Shown: positions 28,103-38,166 of the stretch, piece by piece
Position numbering within the stretch: position 1 is the first letter of the stretch
Layout of the letters: each line of letters starts with the position of its first letter
Virus record (IMG/VR): IMGVR_UViG_3300037524_002067
Coordinates: 90,344 to 154,343 of that record
DNA length: 64,000 nucleotides
Strand: one strand, 5' to 3'
Source of the DNA: a virus
Translations under genes and position numbers: made by a program
The notes under the pieces: model-generated
Database searches by the model: none
Told to the model about the DNA's origin: nothing
Seen by the model: the letters and a program-made list of their open reading frames with translations, nothing else

Positions 28103-31100
28103 TTATTTAATGGATCCAAGATTTTTACCTTTTGGGGCATAAAAACCGCTCACATCATCTGATAAAACTGGCAAACCATTTGATGAACCATAAGATCCAA
28201 CAAATTTAAAATTAATTGATACAGTTGCCCACATTGGTTGAACCCTTCCACCATCTAATGTCCATGGAGCGTTAGTCATATTAAAACTAACACTATCAAT
28301 AATAATATCGCTATCCCACCAATCTCCTAGCTTTATATGGCAAACTGGTGGTCTTGTAAATGAAAAACCAGAATTGCTTTTTGCCGAAGACGGCCTTGTT
28401 AATTTACCTAAAAAATCCATCTTGGTAACAAAATCAACTTTGTCGCCAGAAAAAAACGCTGGTTGAAATGCTAGATTTTTTACCATTGCGTTTATTCTTT
28501 GTTTTGTATCGCTTATAATACTTTCAGAAATACCAAAATTTGATGGGGTTGGGTTTGTTGATGTTTCATTATAAACATTGTAAATGTTTCCATTTGTTTC
28601 TGAATAGTTTGTTGGTCTGTTCTCCTGAGTAAAACTATTATTCACTGATTTCAACAAAGCGCTCTCTTCTCTTTTTAGTTCTTCTATATCTTTGTTGTTT
28701 ATGTCTTGAGTTCCAGGGTCATTTGTTGTTTTACCAAATTTTATAGCTGTTTCAATTTCCGCTTTTATCTCTTGTATTTTAGCATTTTTTTGCTCTGTTG
28801 AATTTTGAGCATATCTTTTATTTTTGTTTTGTATACTATCTCTATTTGTAAAGTGTGTTCCTTTTAAATCTTCTTCTGTTAATCTTATTGATTCCATGTT
28901 TGCACTTCCAAAATTAGTACCCAACAAAACTCCGTTTGAAAAATCTGTTAAAACAACAAAAGTTATAGTTCCCTCTCTTGATGAGTTGTTATATGTATAT
29001 ATAGACTCTGGTCTTCCAAGATAATTTATAGCATTCCAATTAGCAGCAAAACTTTCTGAATAATCTTGTATATATGGTGGGAAATAATACCCATCTCCAG
29101 AAGAATAATTCTGAATATAAAACAACACCTTTTTTGCACTTCCTGCGCTATAAGGATTGCTTACAGTATACCTCTGCCTAGAAATTCTTGGCTGAGCACC
29201 ATTCATACCAACAACAAACTCGGTTTGGTCTTGCACATTATAATTTCTTGAAAAAATTGAGTCTCTTGAGTCTCTTATTTTTCTTATTATACCTAAAACA
29301 CCCTTTGTACCAGCTTCAAATTCAGCATCCATCAATGGGTTTCCAGCTGTTGTTTTAGACATCAATTCATTGGCTGCAAAAACTTCTTCTGGGTTTTTAT
29401 AAGTATAATTACCACTTGGAGCTAATTGACTAAAATTCAAATTTCTAATAACAAAAGAGTTCGGCGTACTTGCCAACAAAGCCTGAAAACCTTCGTTTGT
29501 ATTAGTTTGCAATATGTTGTAATAATCGGCATTAAATGGTTGTATATCTTTTATATTATAATAGTTCCTTGATATGTTATAGTTTCTTATAGCATCTGTA
29601 ATATAACCATTTGTTGTACCATTCAACAATGTGGTTCCAAAAACAGAAGAAGTTGAAGTTCCATATATTGTTTGTAAAGATCTGTGTGTATTTATTGTTT
29701 CATTTGATGATTCTATCAAGAACTGATTTTGCTTCTCTTGAGCATATGTGTCAATTGATAGTATGCCTCTTATGTTTCTAGATAACAGTATTTGTCTTAA
29801 CAAAACACCTTGCAATAAAACGTTGGAAACACCCAAAAACGCAGATGTTCCTATACCTTCTATAACAACACCAAGTTGTTTAGAAGGTGTATTTTTCGAA
29901 AGATTATATTTTCTAAATCTTTCAGAATTCTCTTCAAGACTTGATATTGTTGGAACGTTTGCGGATAAAAGATCATCTCTAAAGTCGTTGGAGTAACTTT
30001 CTAAATCTATAGGACTTGAAATATTCGCAGAAATATTGCTATTATAAAAAGGAACTGAATCAGTTGCTAAGTCAGATGAACTTGGAACATTTGCAGCTAC
30101 ATTATCGTTATAGAACGGAACTGAATCAGTTGCTAAGTCAGATGAGCTTGGAACATTTGCAGCTACATTATCGTTATAGAACGGAACTGAATCAGTTGCT
30201 AAGTCAGATGAACTTGGAACATTTGCAGCTACATTATCGTTATAGAACGGAACTGAATCAGTTGCTAAGTCAGATGAACTTGGAACATTTGCAGCTACAT
30301 TGCTATTATAAAAAGGAACTGAATCAGTTGCTAAGTCAGATGAGCTTGGAACATTTGCAGCTACATTATCGTTATAGAACGGAACTGAATCAGTTGCTAA
30401 GTCAGATGAACTTGGAACATTTGCAGCTACATTGCTATTATAAAAAGGAACTGAATCAGTTGCAATATCAGAAGTGGCAGGTGTATTAAGAGAAAGGTTA
30501 TCTTTTAAATAGGTCTTTGAATCGCTCTCTATATCAGAAGTGGTAGGTGTATTAAGAGAAAGATTGTCTTTTAAATAGGTCTTTGAATCGCTCTCTATAT
30601 CAGAAGTGGTAGGTGTATTAAGAGAAAGATTTTTATATCTAATATCTTTAGATTCACTTTCTAAATCAGATGTAGTTGGAGTGTTTTTTGATAAATTGTT
30701 TTCCCTAAATTGTTTAGAATCATTTTCAATATCAGAAATTGTGTTAGTGTTTTTTGATACATTATTATATCTAAATTGTTCTGATTCTTTTTCAATGTCA
30801 GAAATTGTGCTAGTGTTTTTTGACACATTGTTATTTCTAAAAACTTGAGAGTCCTTCTCAATATCCGTTTGCGAGCTAACGTTTTGAGAAACATTTTTAT
30901 CTCTAAAATCTTTTGAATCTTTATCTATATCAGATTCGCTTTTCACGTTTAAAGAAATGTTTTTGTTAAAAAAACTCTCTGAATCAACTTCTAAATTTGT
31001 GTTTTTTGAAACATTAGAAGCAATGTTTTGATCTCTATAGAAAGATGAACTTGACTCTATATCTGACGCGCTTGTTGAATTAGATGATGTGTTATTTTCT

Positions 31101-31732
31101 CTAAATCTAACAGAATCTTTTTCAAGATCTGATCTTGATTCAACATTTAAAGATAAATTATTTCTTCTATATTCAGAAGAATCTTCTTCAATGTTTGATT
31201 CTGATTTTACATTTGCTGAAATGTTATTTTGCCTAAATGTATCATTGTTTAATTCTGCTTCATTTTGAGCATTTAAATTTGGTTTATTTTTAGAAGTATT
31301 ATTATTCCTAAAACCTTCTGAATCTTTTAATATATCGTTTTTTGAGGTTTCATTTTTGGATAATAAATCATCTCTAACAACAGCTGATCTTTTTAAAATC
31401 TGATCCGCTTCAGTTGTTATTTTATTTCTTGCAAGAATAGCTTTTCTAGTGTCTTCTGAAGCTTTTTCCAAAGAATAGTTTTGATAAATATTTTTAGCTA
31501 AAATAGCATCTCTTATAGATTGATTGTTTTTTTCTAAATCTGTAATAACTGGTATATTTTTAGCGACCAAAGCATCTCTTGTTTGCGGGTACAAAACATC
31601 ATAAACACTGTTTGGTGCAATAAGATTTTTTGACATAAGCCTTCTTCTTACATCGCTAGAAAATTCCTCGTAAAAAAACCTTAAGTTTTCTTCACTTATT
31701 TCACCCAGATTATTATCGTCAAAATAACTCAC
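28103..31732 (-). CDS. baseplate/tail-tube-initiator-like protein with long N-terminal 22-aa repeat region
   Basis: C-terminal YFPPYI..FAANWN..YLGRPESIYTYNNSSR and RPPVCHIKLGDW..IIIDSVSF..PW..QPMWATVSINF; located after the tape measure gene; GTG start. Confidence 0.7.
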   Translation of the reverse strand: MSYFDDNNLGEISEENLRFFYEEFSSDVRRRLMSKNLIAPNSVYDVLYPQTRDALVAKNIPVITDLEKNNQSIRDAILAKNIYQNYSLEKASEDTRKAILARNKITTEADQILKRSAVVRDDLLSKNETSKNDILKDSEGFRNNNTSKNKPNLNAQNEAELNNDTFRQNNISANVKSESNIEEDSSEYRRNNLSLNVESRSDLEKDSVRFRENNTSSNSTSASDIESSSSFYRDQNIASNVSKNTNLEVDSESFFNKNISLNVKSESDIDKDSKDFRDKNVSQNVSSQTDIEKDSQVFRNNNVSKNTSTISDIEKESEQFRYNNVSKNTNTISDIENDSKQFRENNLSKNTPTTSDLESESKDIRYKNLSLNTPTTSDIESDSKTYLKDNLSLNTPTTSDIESDSKTYLKDNLSLNTPATSDIATDSVPFYNSNVAANVPSSSDLATDSVPFYNDNVAANVPSSSDLATDSVPFYNSNVAANVPSSSDLATDSVPFYNDNVAANVPSSSDLATDSVPFYNDNVAANVPSSSDLATDSVPFYNDNVAANVPSSSDLATDSVPFYNSNISANISSPIDLESYSNDFRDDLLSANVPTISSLEENSERFRKYNLSKNTPSKQLGVVIEGIGTSAFLGVSNVLLQGVLLRQILLSRNIRGILSIDTYAQEKQNQFLIESSNETINTHRSLQTIYGTSTSSVFGTTLLNGTTNGYITDAIRNYNISRNYYNIKDIQPFNADYYNILQTNTNEGFQALLASTPNSFVIRNLNFSQLAPSGNYTYKNPEEVFAANELMSKTTAGNPLMDAEFEAGTKGVLGIIRKIRDSRDSIFSRNYNVQDQTEFVVGMNGAQPRISRQRYTVSNPYSAGSAKKVLFYIQNYSSGDGYYFPPYIQDYSESFAANWNAINYLGRPESIYTYNNSSREGTITFVVLTDFSNGVLLGTNFGSANMESIRLTEEDLKGTHFTNRDSIQNKNKRYAQNSTEQKNAKIQEIKAEIETAIKFGKTTNDPGTQDINNKDIEELKREESALLKSVNNSFTQENRPTNYSETNGNIYNVYNETSTNPTPSNFGISESIISDTKQRINAMVKNLAFQPAFFSGDKVDFVTKMDFLGKLTRPSSAKSNSGFSFTRPPVCHIKLGDWWDSDIIIDSVSFNMTNAPWTLDGGRVQPMWATVSINFKFVGSYGSSNGLPVLSDDVSGFYAPKGKNLGSIK
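30035..30463. repeat. 66-bp coding tandem repeat, 6.5 near-identical copies
   Basis: Unit encodes SSSDLATDSVPFYN(D/S)NVAANVP; degenerate 22-aa periodicity extends from about 29900 to 31560. Confidence 0.95.
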
Positions 31733-31745
31733 AAATTTGTTTATA

Positions 31746-31753
31746 TATAAATA
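31746..31753 (-). promoter_or_regulatory. putative late promoter TATTTATA
   Basis: 13 nt upstream of GTG. Confidence 0.6.
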
Positions 31754-31773
31754 TAGCGCATAAAAAAATAAAC

Positions 31774-34700
31774 TTATTTTAGCACCTTAGTGTCATTAAT
31801 TAAAAATTGTTGCAAATCTCTACCATTAAGTTTTAAATTTATTTCTATTTTTCTTGTTTCTCCATCACCTTGTTTTGCTGGAGCTACAGCTTGCACTCTT
31901 TGCGTTTCTGTCTCACTGGCTTTTTTCATGTTGTTGGCCATGCTCATAGAAACATCTTTTAATTTTTCAAGTTTTTCTATGTTTAATTTTTCGGCTGCTA
32001 CACTTAATTTTAAAACGCCATCTGCTGCTGAATTTAAGCTTTGGGCTAAAATAGAAATAGCTGGCGCAAGCAATGCTAATTCAGAAATTTGAGTAAACAT
32101 ACCACCACCAAACAAACTCATAACACCACCCATAGCAGTTGCTGCACCAAAAGCAACAAGAGCATAACTTAAAGCTCCAATTCCAGCTGCAACACTCAAC
32201 AAGTTACCACCGTCAATATCTGAAAAAGCACTAAAACCAGAAGATATTGCAGGCATAGCTTCAGCAACAGATTTGGCAGCTAAACCAAAAACCCAAAACG
32301 CTGCAGACATTACACCTAAAGCTAAGGAGCCAGACAATATCAAAGGCATTATAGCCCCTAAACCAACAACAGCAGCCGTTAAACCAATAATTGTAAGAGC
32401 TGCTATACCAAGCTCTTCCAGGCCTACGTCAGAAAATTTTCCAAGCGCCTCTCCCATTAACCACAAAGCTCCAGCCATAACGCCAAGAGCTAGAGCTCCC
32501 TTGATTATATCAGTAAAACTAACAGAGGTAAATGCTTTAAAAAAACCAGCAATAGCTTCTCCAACACCCCTAAACACATCTCCAATTATCCCCATTATAC
32601 CTTGAACTGCTGACCTTATGACATCAAAAAATCCTTTTACAGATTCAGAAATTCCTTTTAGTTTTTCAGCCATTGACTTGCCCTGAGAAACCTGAGAACT
32701 AAGACTACCAGAGCCAGTTCCAGATAATGACGCACCATCTTCTCCGCCAGTTGGTGTTCTTTTTAAAATTTTGTTAGCTACAGAAGAAATTTTATCTTTT
32801 GCTCCAGCAGCTAAAAGACTAATTACGCTTTTCCCAAATATGCCAGCAGCAATTAACATACCAGTTATAGCTAATTGCAAACCAGTCCCAAGACCCTCAA
32901 ACACATTGTTTAATTTTCCTATAGCTTGAAAAAATCCATTTAGGGTTTGGAAAATCCAACCAAGTGCTTCAAGTATTGGTTGAAATACTGTTAAAACTGA
33001 AAGTAAACTTTTTATAAAATTATCGAAAGATTGTTTAAGATCTTGATTTGCTTTATTTTGAGCTTCTAAAGTTTCTTTGTTGTCTTCCATTTTTTTCTTT
33101 AACATAGAAGCATCCATGTTTTGCAACTCTTCCAAAGATTCAATACCCATTTTCTTTGCCATATCGCTGCTTGCATCAAACTCTATTGTGCCATCCTTGT
33201 TTTTCTTCATCATATCAGCAATGCTTGATTTTGCAAACTCTCTGTCAGCCTCGTCCATGCTATCAATTAAGCCAGAAAACATGTTTGTTTTCTCTATGTC
33301 TTCTGCATTTTTTGCAATCATATTTTGAAGGCTTTCCATGGATTGACCAGTTGCCTCTGAAACCATTTGCAATCTATCAACATCAACTGGATCAAAAACA
33401 TATTTTTGTTGCTCTTCATCAAAATGACCAATATCTTTACCCATTGTAGTGAGTATTCTTTGTAGTTCTGCTGGACCTTTTCTTGCGGCAGACAATAAAT
33501 CCATTGGATTTATGTTGGAAAATGAGCCACCAGCTAATTGTAGTTCGGCGGCCATATCCATTGCGCCCTCTATACTTCTGGCTCTTTTAGCCATATCAAA
33601 AGTTTCATCAATATTCATCCTTAATCTTTCTGCTGTAACAGCCATTCTCATTAAAGATTTTTCCCCGCCAGTGAAACCCATTTCGCGCATCTTTTTGATG
33701 TTTTTGCTAATACCACCAAGCACTTTACTTGAGCTAACACCAAACATCCTAGCTTGTTGATCAGCCTCTTGCATAAAATCTTTTACTTGACCAGAACTCT
33801 CACCCATCCTCATTAATTCACCAGCTATTGTGGTGATATCTTCAGAGGCTGCTCCAGTAGCGCCAGCGATCATAGCAAAATCCTGAGTTGCTTTTGACAA
33901 CAAATTAAAATCTGTTGTTTTTAACTCTTTAGACATGTCTGCCATCATTTGACCAGCCTCTTCAACTCCAACACCATATTGTTGCACAGAAGTGGTTAAT
34001 CTTGAAAAAGCGTAAGCGTTTTCATCCATTCTTATGCTTGTTTCTTTTTGCACTTTATGCAAAACTGTATCAAACTCAGTTAAGGTGCCGAGCACCTCAT
34101 TTCTCATTCTTTTTCCAAGAGATACAAAAACTTTATCAAAAGCGTTGCCAAGTTGAAAAACCTCATTGGGTTTTAACATTTCTTCTTTTATCTTAGCCGC
34201 CATTTCAGCAGCTTCTGTCATGCCGTTATTTATATTTATAAGCTCTTGAGCATTTTCATGCATTAAAGCAACCGCTATCCTTTGTTCACTATTACTTTCT
34301 TCTATTATCTTTTTCCAATCAACTATGCCATCATTTAATTCTTGCTGCAATCTTATTTTTTCAGCCAAATCAATTATTGCGTTATCATCAAGATGTGATA
34401 AAGCTATGTTGTCTTTTCTTATTTCTCTTAATACATCATTGAGCTTCTCACTGTTTTTTAGAGTTTTTTTGCCATTGATTTCGTCAAACTCTGTAAATTT
34501 CGATATACCTTGTAAAGATCTAGTTAGTTTTTCAACCTGGTTTGGATCAATCATTTTTGCAAATTCCTCACCAGCCTGATTAAACTTTTGCTGTAATTTA
34601 TTTACAACATTAGACATTTCTTTTAATTCATCTGATGTCTTTGGAACTTCTTTAAAAAAATCAGCTCCATCAATTTTAAACAACTCAGAAGATATAGCCT

Positions 34701-34815
34701 TCCAAGATTCCTTAATGGTTTCAGCAGACTTATTTAAAGCCTTTTGTTTCTCAAGCATATCATTGAGAGCCTTTAAGGTTTTTTTATATTGATTTGATGA
34801 GTCGTCTGCTGCCAT
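31774..34815 (-). CDS. tape measure protein
   Basis: 1013 aa helical, A/M/G-rich, hydrophobic GA-rich C-terminal helices, ends IEINLKLNGRDL; tail-module context. Confidence 0.8.
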   Translation of the reverse strand: MAADDSSNQYKKTLKALNDMLEKQKALNKSAETIKESWKAISSELFKIDGADFFKEVPKTSDELKEMSNVVNKLQQKFNQAGEEFAKMIDPNQVEKLTRSLQGISKFTEFDEINGKKTLKNSEKLNDVLREIRKDNIALSHLDDNAIIDLAEKIRLQQELNDGIVDWKKIIEESNSEQRIAVALMHENAQELININNGMTEAAEMAAKIKEEMLKPNEVFQLGNAFDKVFVSLGKRMRNEVLGTLTEFDTVLHKVQKETSIRMDENAYAFSRLTTSVQQYGVGVEEAGQMMADMSKELKTTDFNLLSKATQDFAMIAGATGAASEDITTIAGELMRMGESSGQVKDFMQEADQQARMFGVSSSKVLGGISKNIKKMREMGFTGGEKSLMRMAVTAERLRMNIDETFDMAKRARSIEGAMDMAAELQLAGGSFSNINPMDLLSAARKGPAELQRILTTMGKDIGHFDEEQQKYVFDPVDVDRLQMVSEATGQSMESLQNMIAKNAEDIEKTNMFSGLIDSMDEADREFAKSSIADMMKKNKDGTIEFDASSDMAKKMGIESLEELQNMDASMLKKKMEDNKETLEAQNKANQDLKQSFDNFIKSLLSVLTVFQPILEALGWIFQTLNGFFQAIGKLNNVFEGLGTGLQLAITGMLIAAGIFGKSVISLLAAGAKDKISSVANKILKRTPTGGEDGASLSGTGSGSLSSQVSQGKSMAEKLKGISESVKGFFDVIRSAVQGIMGIIGDVFRGVGEAIAGFFKAFTSVSFTDIIKGALALGVMAGALWLMGEALGKFSDVGLEELGIAALTIIGLTAAVVGLGAIMPLILSGSLALGVMSAAFWVFGLAAKSVAEAMPAISSGFSAFSDIDGGNLLSVAAGIGALSYALVAFGAATAMGGVMSLFGGGMFTQISELALLAPAISILAQSLNSAADGVLKLSVAAEKLNIEKLEKLKDVSMSMANNMKKASETETQRVQAVAPAKQGDGETRKIEINLKLNGRDLQQFLINDTKVLK

Positions 34816-34828
34816 TTAAGCGTTTCTT

Positions 34829-34836
34829 AATAAATA
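34829..34836 (-). promoter_or_regulatory. putative late promoter TATTTATT
   Basis: 13 nt upstream of the tape measure ATG, directly after a terminator. Confidence 0.6.
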
Positions 34837-34842
34837 TAAAAT

Positions 34843-34875
34843 AAAAAAAAACCACCCCTAAAAGGAGTGGTTTTT
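34843..34875 (-). terminator. intrinsic terminator
   Basis: AAAAACCACTCC..GGGGTGGTTTTTTTTT on the minus strand. Confidence 0.8.
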
Positions 34876-34897
34876 GATTTAAAGTTTTATTAAAAAA

Positions 34898-35485
34898 CTA
34901 TTTAATCTTACCTTGAATATAACTGATTTTATCTGCGTTGTTTAATCCAGCCATTCTTGAATCAGCGAAACTTGCGGCTCTTTGGGTATTTGGCCCATAT
35001 GATTTACCACCATCTCTAAATGTATCCAACCTGGATGTACTATTTAAATATGCTGCAGCATCAGCTGAATTCATTCCAGCCATAACAGACTCTCTGTATC
35101 TAATAGCTTCTTCTATGTTGTTAAAGCTTCCACCTGTTTTTGTTCTATTCCAGTTTGCATACCATGGCCTTTCATGCATTAAAGCAATTCTTTCTCTATA
35201 TGTAAGGACCTGCAAAAGACCAACAACAAAAAATTTAATCAGCTTCCAAACAAACACCAATAGTGCACAAATAGTTAAAAATTCAGCCAAATCTTTTGGC
35301 ATATATTCCGAACCATGTGCAATCATCCACTTTTGTAAAGATTTAAGGTCTTTTTCTGTGTAATTAAACAAAAAATAAGAAGAAAACAATAGCCTTATTA
35401 GACCATGCAAGAGCTTTTCTTTTGAATTGAAGTTCACCTTTCCACCAAGCGGTTTAGATGATTGATATGTAGCTTTTTTATCCAT
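34898..35485 (-). CDS. membrane protein, stand-alone transcription unit
   Basis: Two hydrophobic segments; internal repeat S.MAG(M/L)N.AD...Y; own ECF-type promoter and terminator. Confidence 0.7.
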   Translation of the reverse strand: MDKKATYQSSKPLGGKVNFNSKEKLLHGLIRLLFSSYFLFNYTEKDLKSLQKWMIAHGSEYMPKDLAEFLTICALLVFVWKLIKFFVVGLLQVLTYRERIALMHERPWYANWNRTKTGGSFNNIEEAIRYRESVMAGMNSADAAAYLNSTSRLDTFRDGGKSYGPNTQRAASFADSRMAGLNNADKISYIQGKIK

Positions 35486-35505
35486 TTTAATTGGTTTCTT
35501 AACTG

Positions 35506-35540
35506 GTTATACGAAAAGAAACCAAAAAAGGTTTCAAAAA
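35506..35540 (-). promoter_or_regulatory. ECF-type promoter TGAAAC-N17-CGTATAAC
   Basis: TGAAAC at 35531-35536, CGTA at 35510-35513; same as 2731-2766. Confidence 0.7.
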
Positions 35541-37081
35541 TATTTATTCATTATTTTCCTAACCTGTTCTTTTAATTTAAACTGGTTTATATAATTTGGA
35601 TCAACAGATTGCCCTGGTTGTGATGGTTGAACTTGCTGTTCTTTGTTAGCTATTAACAAATCGGTTCCCAAAGCATCTTTAAGTTTATCAAAAATAAACT
35701 TTTTAGCTCCGCCATGTGGTTTTCCCAATTTTGTAGAAATATTATCAACAAAGAATTTAACGAAATTATTCACTCTAAACATGGAATCATATACGCTATC
35801 ATGTTTTTGTGTTTGTTGTAATTTTTGATTTTTATTCTTTTTATTTGATCCACTTTTCTGAGCAAGATGTGAACCAACTTTTCTGATAGATGATACACCT
35901 AAATTGGGTTGCATTTGACCAATTGGCCTACTTTTATTAGCTTCAGACAAATTTCCTTGGACATTATTAAAAATCTTTTTCAAATATACATATGGACCAT
36001 AACCATTTATTTCTTCGTATCTTATTGCTCTATTGATATTTTTTATATCTTGAGCAAATTGTCCACTTTTTATGCTGTTCAATATATTTTGATATTCATT
36101 AAATTCTTGCTCTGAAGAAAACATTAAATTAACAACAGTTTTTGCGTTTCCAATTAATCTACCCTTGTTATCTCTTAAACTCTTTATATTTAAACCAGGT
36201 ATATTTTTTAAATCAAATTGATAAAGTTTACCAGGTTCAAATTTTTCTGTAGCTGGTATATTAGCTGGCGTAGCAGTAAAAGTAGATTTGAATTTAGAAA
36301 CATATAATTCAACAATAGCATCTCCAGATGGTATTTCTATAAGGTTAGCTATATTTTTTGAGCTAATATCAACATCATATATGCCAGTATTCCAGCCATT
36401 TCTTATTTCTAACCACTCTACGTCTTTTACTGTGGTAGTGTTATTAAATCCATTTACAACTTGATATTTAAATTGAGAATTGTTTCCATCTAACCTTTTC
36501 AAAACTTTTATTGAAGAGTCGATGCCATTTCTTGTTCTAAACTGTATTATATAATCAACTGGAACAGTAATGATATTAAATTTGTCGCCAGTGTAACTTA
36601 TTGTATTTTTTAAGCCCAATATTCCACTACTTGAGTTGTAAATTGTCCCATCAATAAATGTTGTTGGGTGTGATTTATAGTTTGAATTTTGACCAACAAA
36701 GTCGCCTTTAAAGTAATCACCACTAAAAACGCCAACAAATCTTGTGCCTAAAAAACCACCTGATTTCCAATCGCCCTCAAAAAATGTGACAATTTGTTTG
36801 TCTAAATCAAAGTTAATCAATTTTGCATGAAACTCAGTTTCAGGAGAAACAACAAATTTTAATTTACTTCCTAACCAATCAAACTCCTCTAAATACTCTT
36901 TTGTGGCTGGCCAACTAATTGACTCAGCTGTGCTTTTTCCATAACCAAAATAATAAATTCCGTCTTTTTCAAAAAAAAGAGGATTTTTTATGTAATTATC
37001 TTTTTTGCCAAAACCAAAAAGTTCACTAAACACTTTGTCAGTGACATTTTTTTGTTTTTTAAACTCCTCTAAATGATCCAT
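35534..37081 (-). CDS. hypothetical, putative virion protein
   Basis: F/W-x-x-G repeats (FEGDWKSGGFLGTRFVGVFSGDYFKGDFVG); LSE/LKE motifs; late motif upstream. Confidence 0.65.
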   Translation of the reverse strand: MDHLEEFKKQKNVTDKVFSELFGFGKKDNYIKNPLFFEKDGIYYFGYGKSTAESISWPATKEYLEEFDWLGSKLKFVVSPETEFHAKLINFDLDKQIVTFFEGDWKSGGFLGTRFVGVFSGDYFKGDFVGQNSNYKSHPTTFIDGTIYNSSSGILGLKNTISYTGDKFNIITVPVDYIIQFRTRNGIDSSIKVLKRLDGNNSQFKYQVVNGFNNTTTVKDVEWLEIRNGWNTGIYDVDISSKNIANLIEIPSGDAIVELYVSKFKSTFTATPANIPATEKFEPGKLYQFDLKNIPGLNIKSLRDNKGRLIGNAKTVVNLMFSSEQEFNEYQNILNSIKSGQFAQDIKNINRAIRYEEINGYGPYVYLKKIFNNVQGNLSEANKSRPIGQMQPNLGVSSIRKVGSHLAQKSGSNKKNKNQKLQQTQKHDSVYDSMFRVNNFVKFFVDNISTKLGKPHGGAKKFIFDKLKDALGTDLLIANKEQQVQPSQPGQSVDPNYINQFKLKEQVRKIMNKYF

Positions 37082-37098
37082 AAATATAATTACTCAAT

Positions 37099-37106
37099 AA
37101 TAAATA
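37099..37106 (-). promoter_or_regulatory. putative late promoter TATTTATT
   Basis: 17 nt upstream of ATG. Confidence 0.5.
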
Positions 37107-37134
37107 TAGCGCAATTTAATAAAACGTAACAAAA

Positions 37135-38142
37135 TTAACGCTTATTTTTAGCCTTGGCTACAGCAGCTTTTTCGGCCTCATTCTTCTTTTGTATTTCTTC
37201 AGATAGTCTATTTATAAGCCAACGTCTTTCACCAACTGGCATTTTCTTGGCATCTGCTATTGATATACCGTTTCCATAATGTGTGAGTAAAAAAATTTCT
37301 TCTAAAACATTATTCATAAAAGAACTAGGTAATTTTAAAAAATCAGCGCCATCATTACCAAAATCAATCTTTGTTGTTTTGTCACATAGCGCACATTGAT
37401 ATTCTGTAGATGCGTTTATACCTGGAAGGTTATCAAAAACACACTTCCTTACATCTCTCGATTCTACCAATTTTAACGTAGAAATTTTTTTCAAAATACT
37501 AGCCTTGTCAGTTATACCACCTAAATCAGTAATATAAAAGCATAATTTTTCTATTGGATTTTTATTTTTTTTGTTAAATTCAAGTTCTTCAATATATGTC
37601 CTTGGGTGTATTTTTAATGGAATATTAAATTTTTCTGTAATCAAACTTATCTCTCCATTTTCGTTTGGATGGTGTTCAAGATCTTTTGATTTAAAACTAG
37701 ATATGGTTACTTTATGTTTGTCTTTGTTGCCGCAATGAGGACACTCAACATCTATTTCTATGCTGTCTCCATAAGAAAAAGCTCTTAAAAACATAGAAAT
37801 TGCCTGAACATCACAGGACAATATATCTTTTATATCAAAATCAGAATTTAAAACAACTTTAGACAAAACAAGAGGCATGGCTATATCTGCCTCGTGCATT
37901 ATCTCATTTGTAAGTATATATTCCTCATAATAGGTTATAAAACCTATCAAAAGAAATTTATTTTTGTTTTTGTAAAACTTCCCCTTAGATGGCAGGTTTA
38001 AGATCTCAAAAGGTCTTTCTTCAATTTGTTTGTTTGCTTGCTTTGTAGTTGTTTTTGCGAACTCAGCAAATTGAATTTTGTACTCCTCAAGCTCTTTTCT
38101 TAACTGCTTCAATTCTTCAAGTGAAAAAGCTTGCTCTTCCAT
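37135..38142 (-). CDS. T4 gp26-like baseplate hub assembly / tail chaperone protein with C-terminal gp51-like extension
   Basis: LPSKGKFY, E.ILT, D...I..FLR..SYG, CPHC, CALC, then EEIFLL..G..S..D...MPV.ERRWLI. Confidence 0.75.
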   Translation of the reverse strand: MEEQAFSLEELKQLRKELEEYKIQFAEFAKTTTKQANKQIEERPFEILNLPSKGKFYKNKNKFLLIGFITYYEEYILTNEIMHEADIAMPLVLSKVVLNSDFDIKDILSCDVQAISMFLRAFSYGDSIEIDVECPHCGNKDKHKVTISSFKSKDLEHHPNENGEISLITEKFNIPLKIHPRTYIEELEFNKKNKNPIEKLCFYITDLGGITDKASILKKISTLKLVESRDVRKCVFDNLPGINASTEYQCALCDKTTKIDFGNDGADFLKLPSSFMNNVLEEIFLLTHYGNGISIADAKKMPVGERRWLINRLSEEIQKKNEAEKAAVAKAKNKR

Positions 38143-38166
38143 TGTTTTATATGTATTACAATAAGA

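Noticed and set aside
30016-30489. Plus-strand repeat ORF / CRISPR-like appearance of the 66-bp array
   Set aside because: Units are contiguous with no unique spacers, are a multiple of 3 and lie in frame within the 1209-aa minus-strand gene; the plus ORF is its antisense shadow; no cas genes
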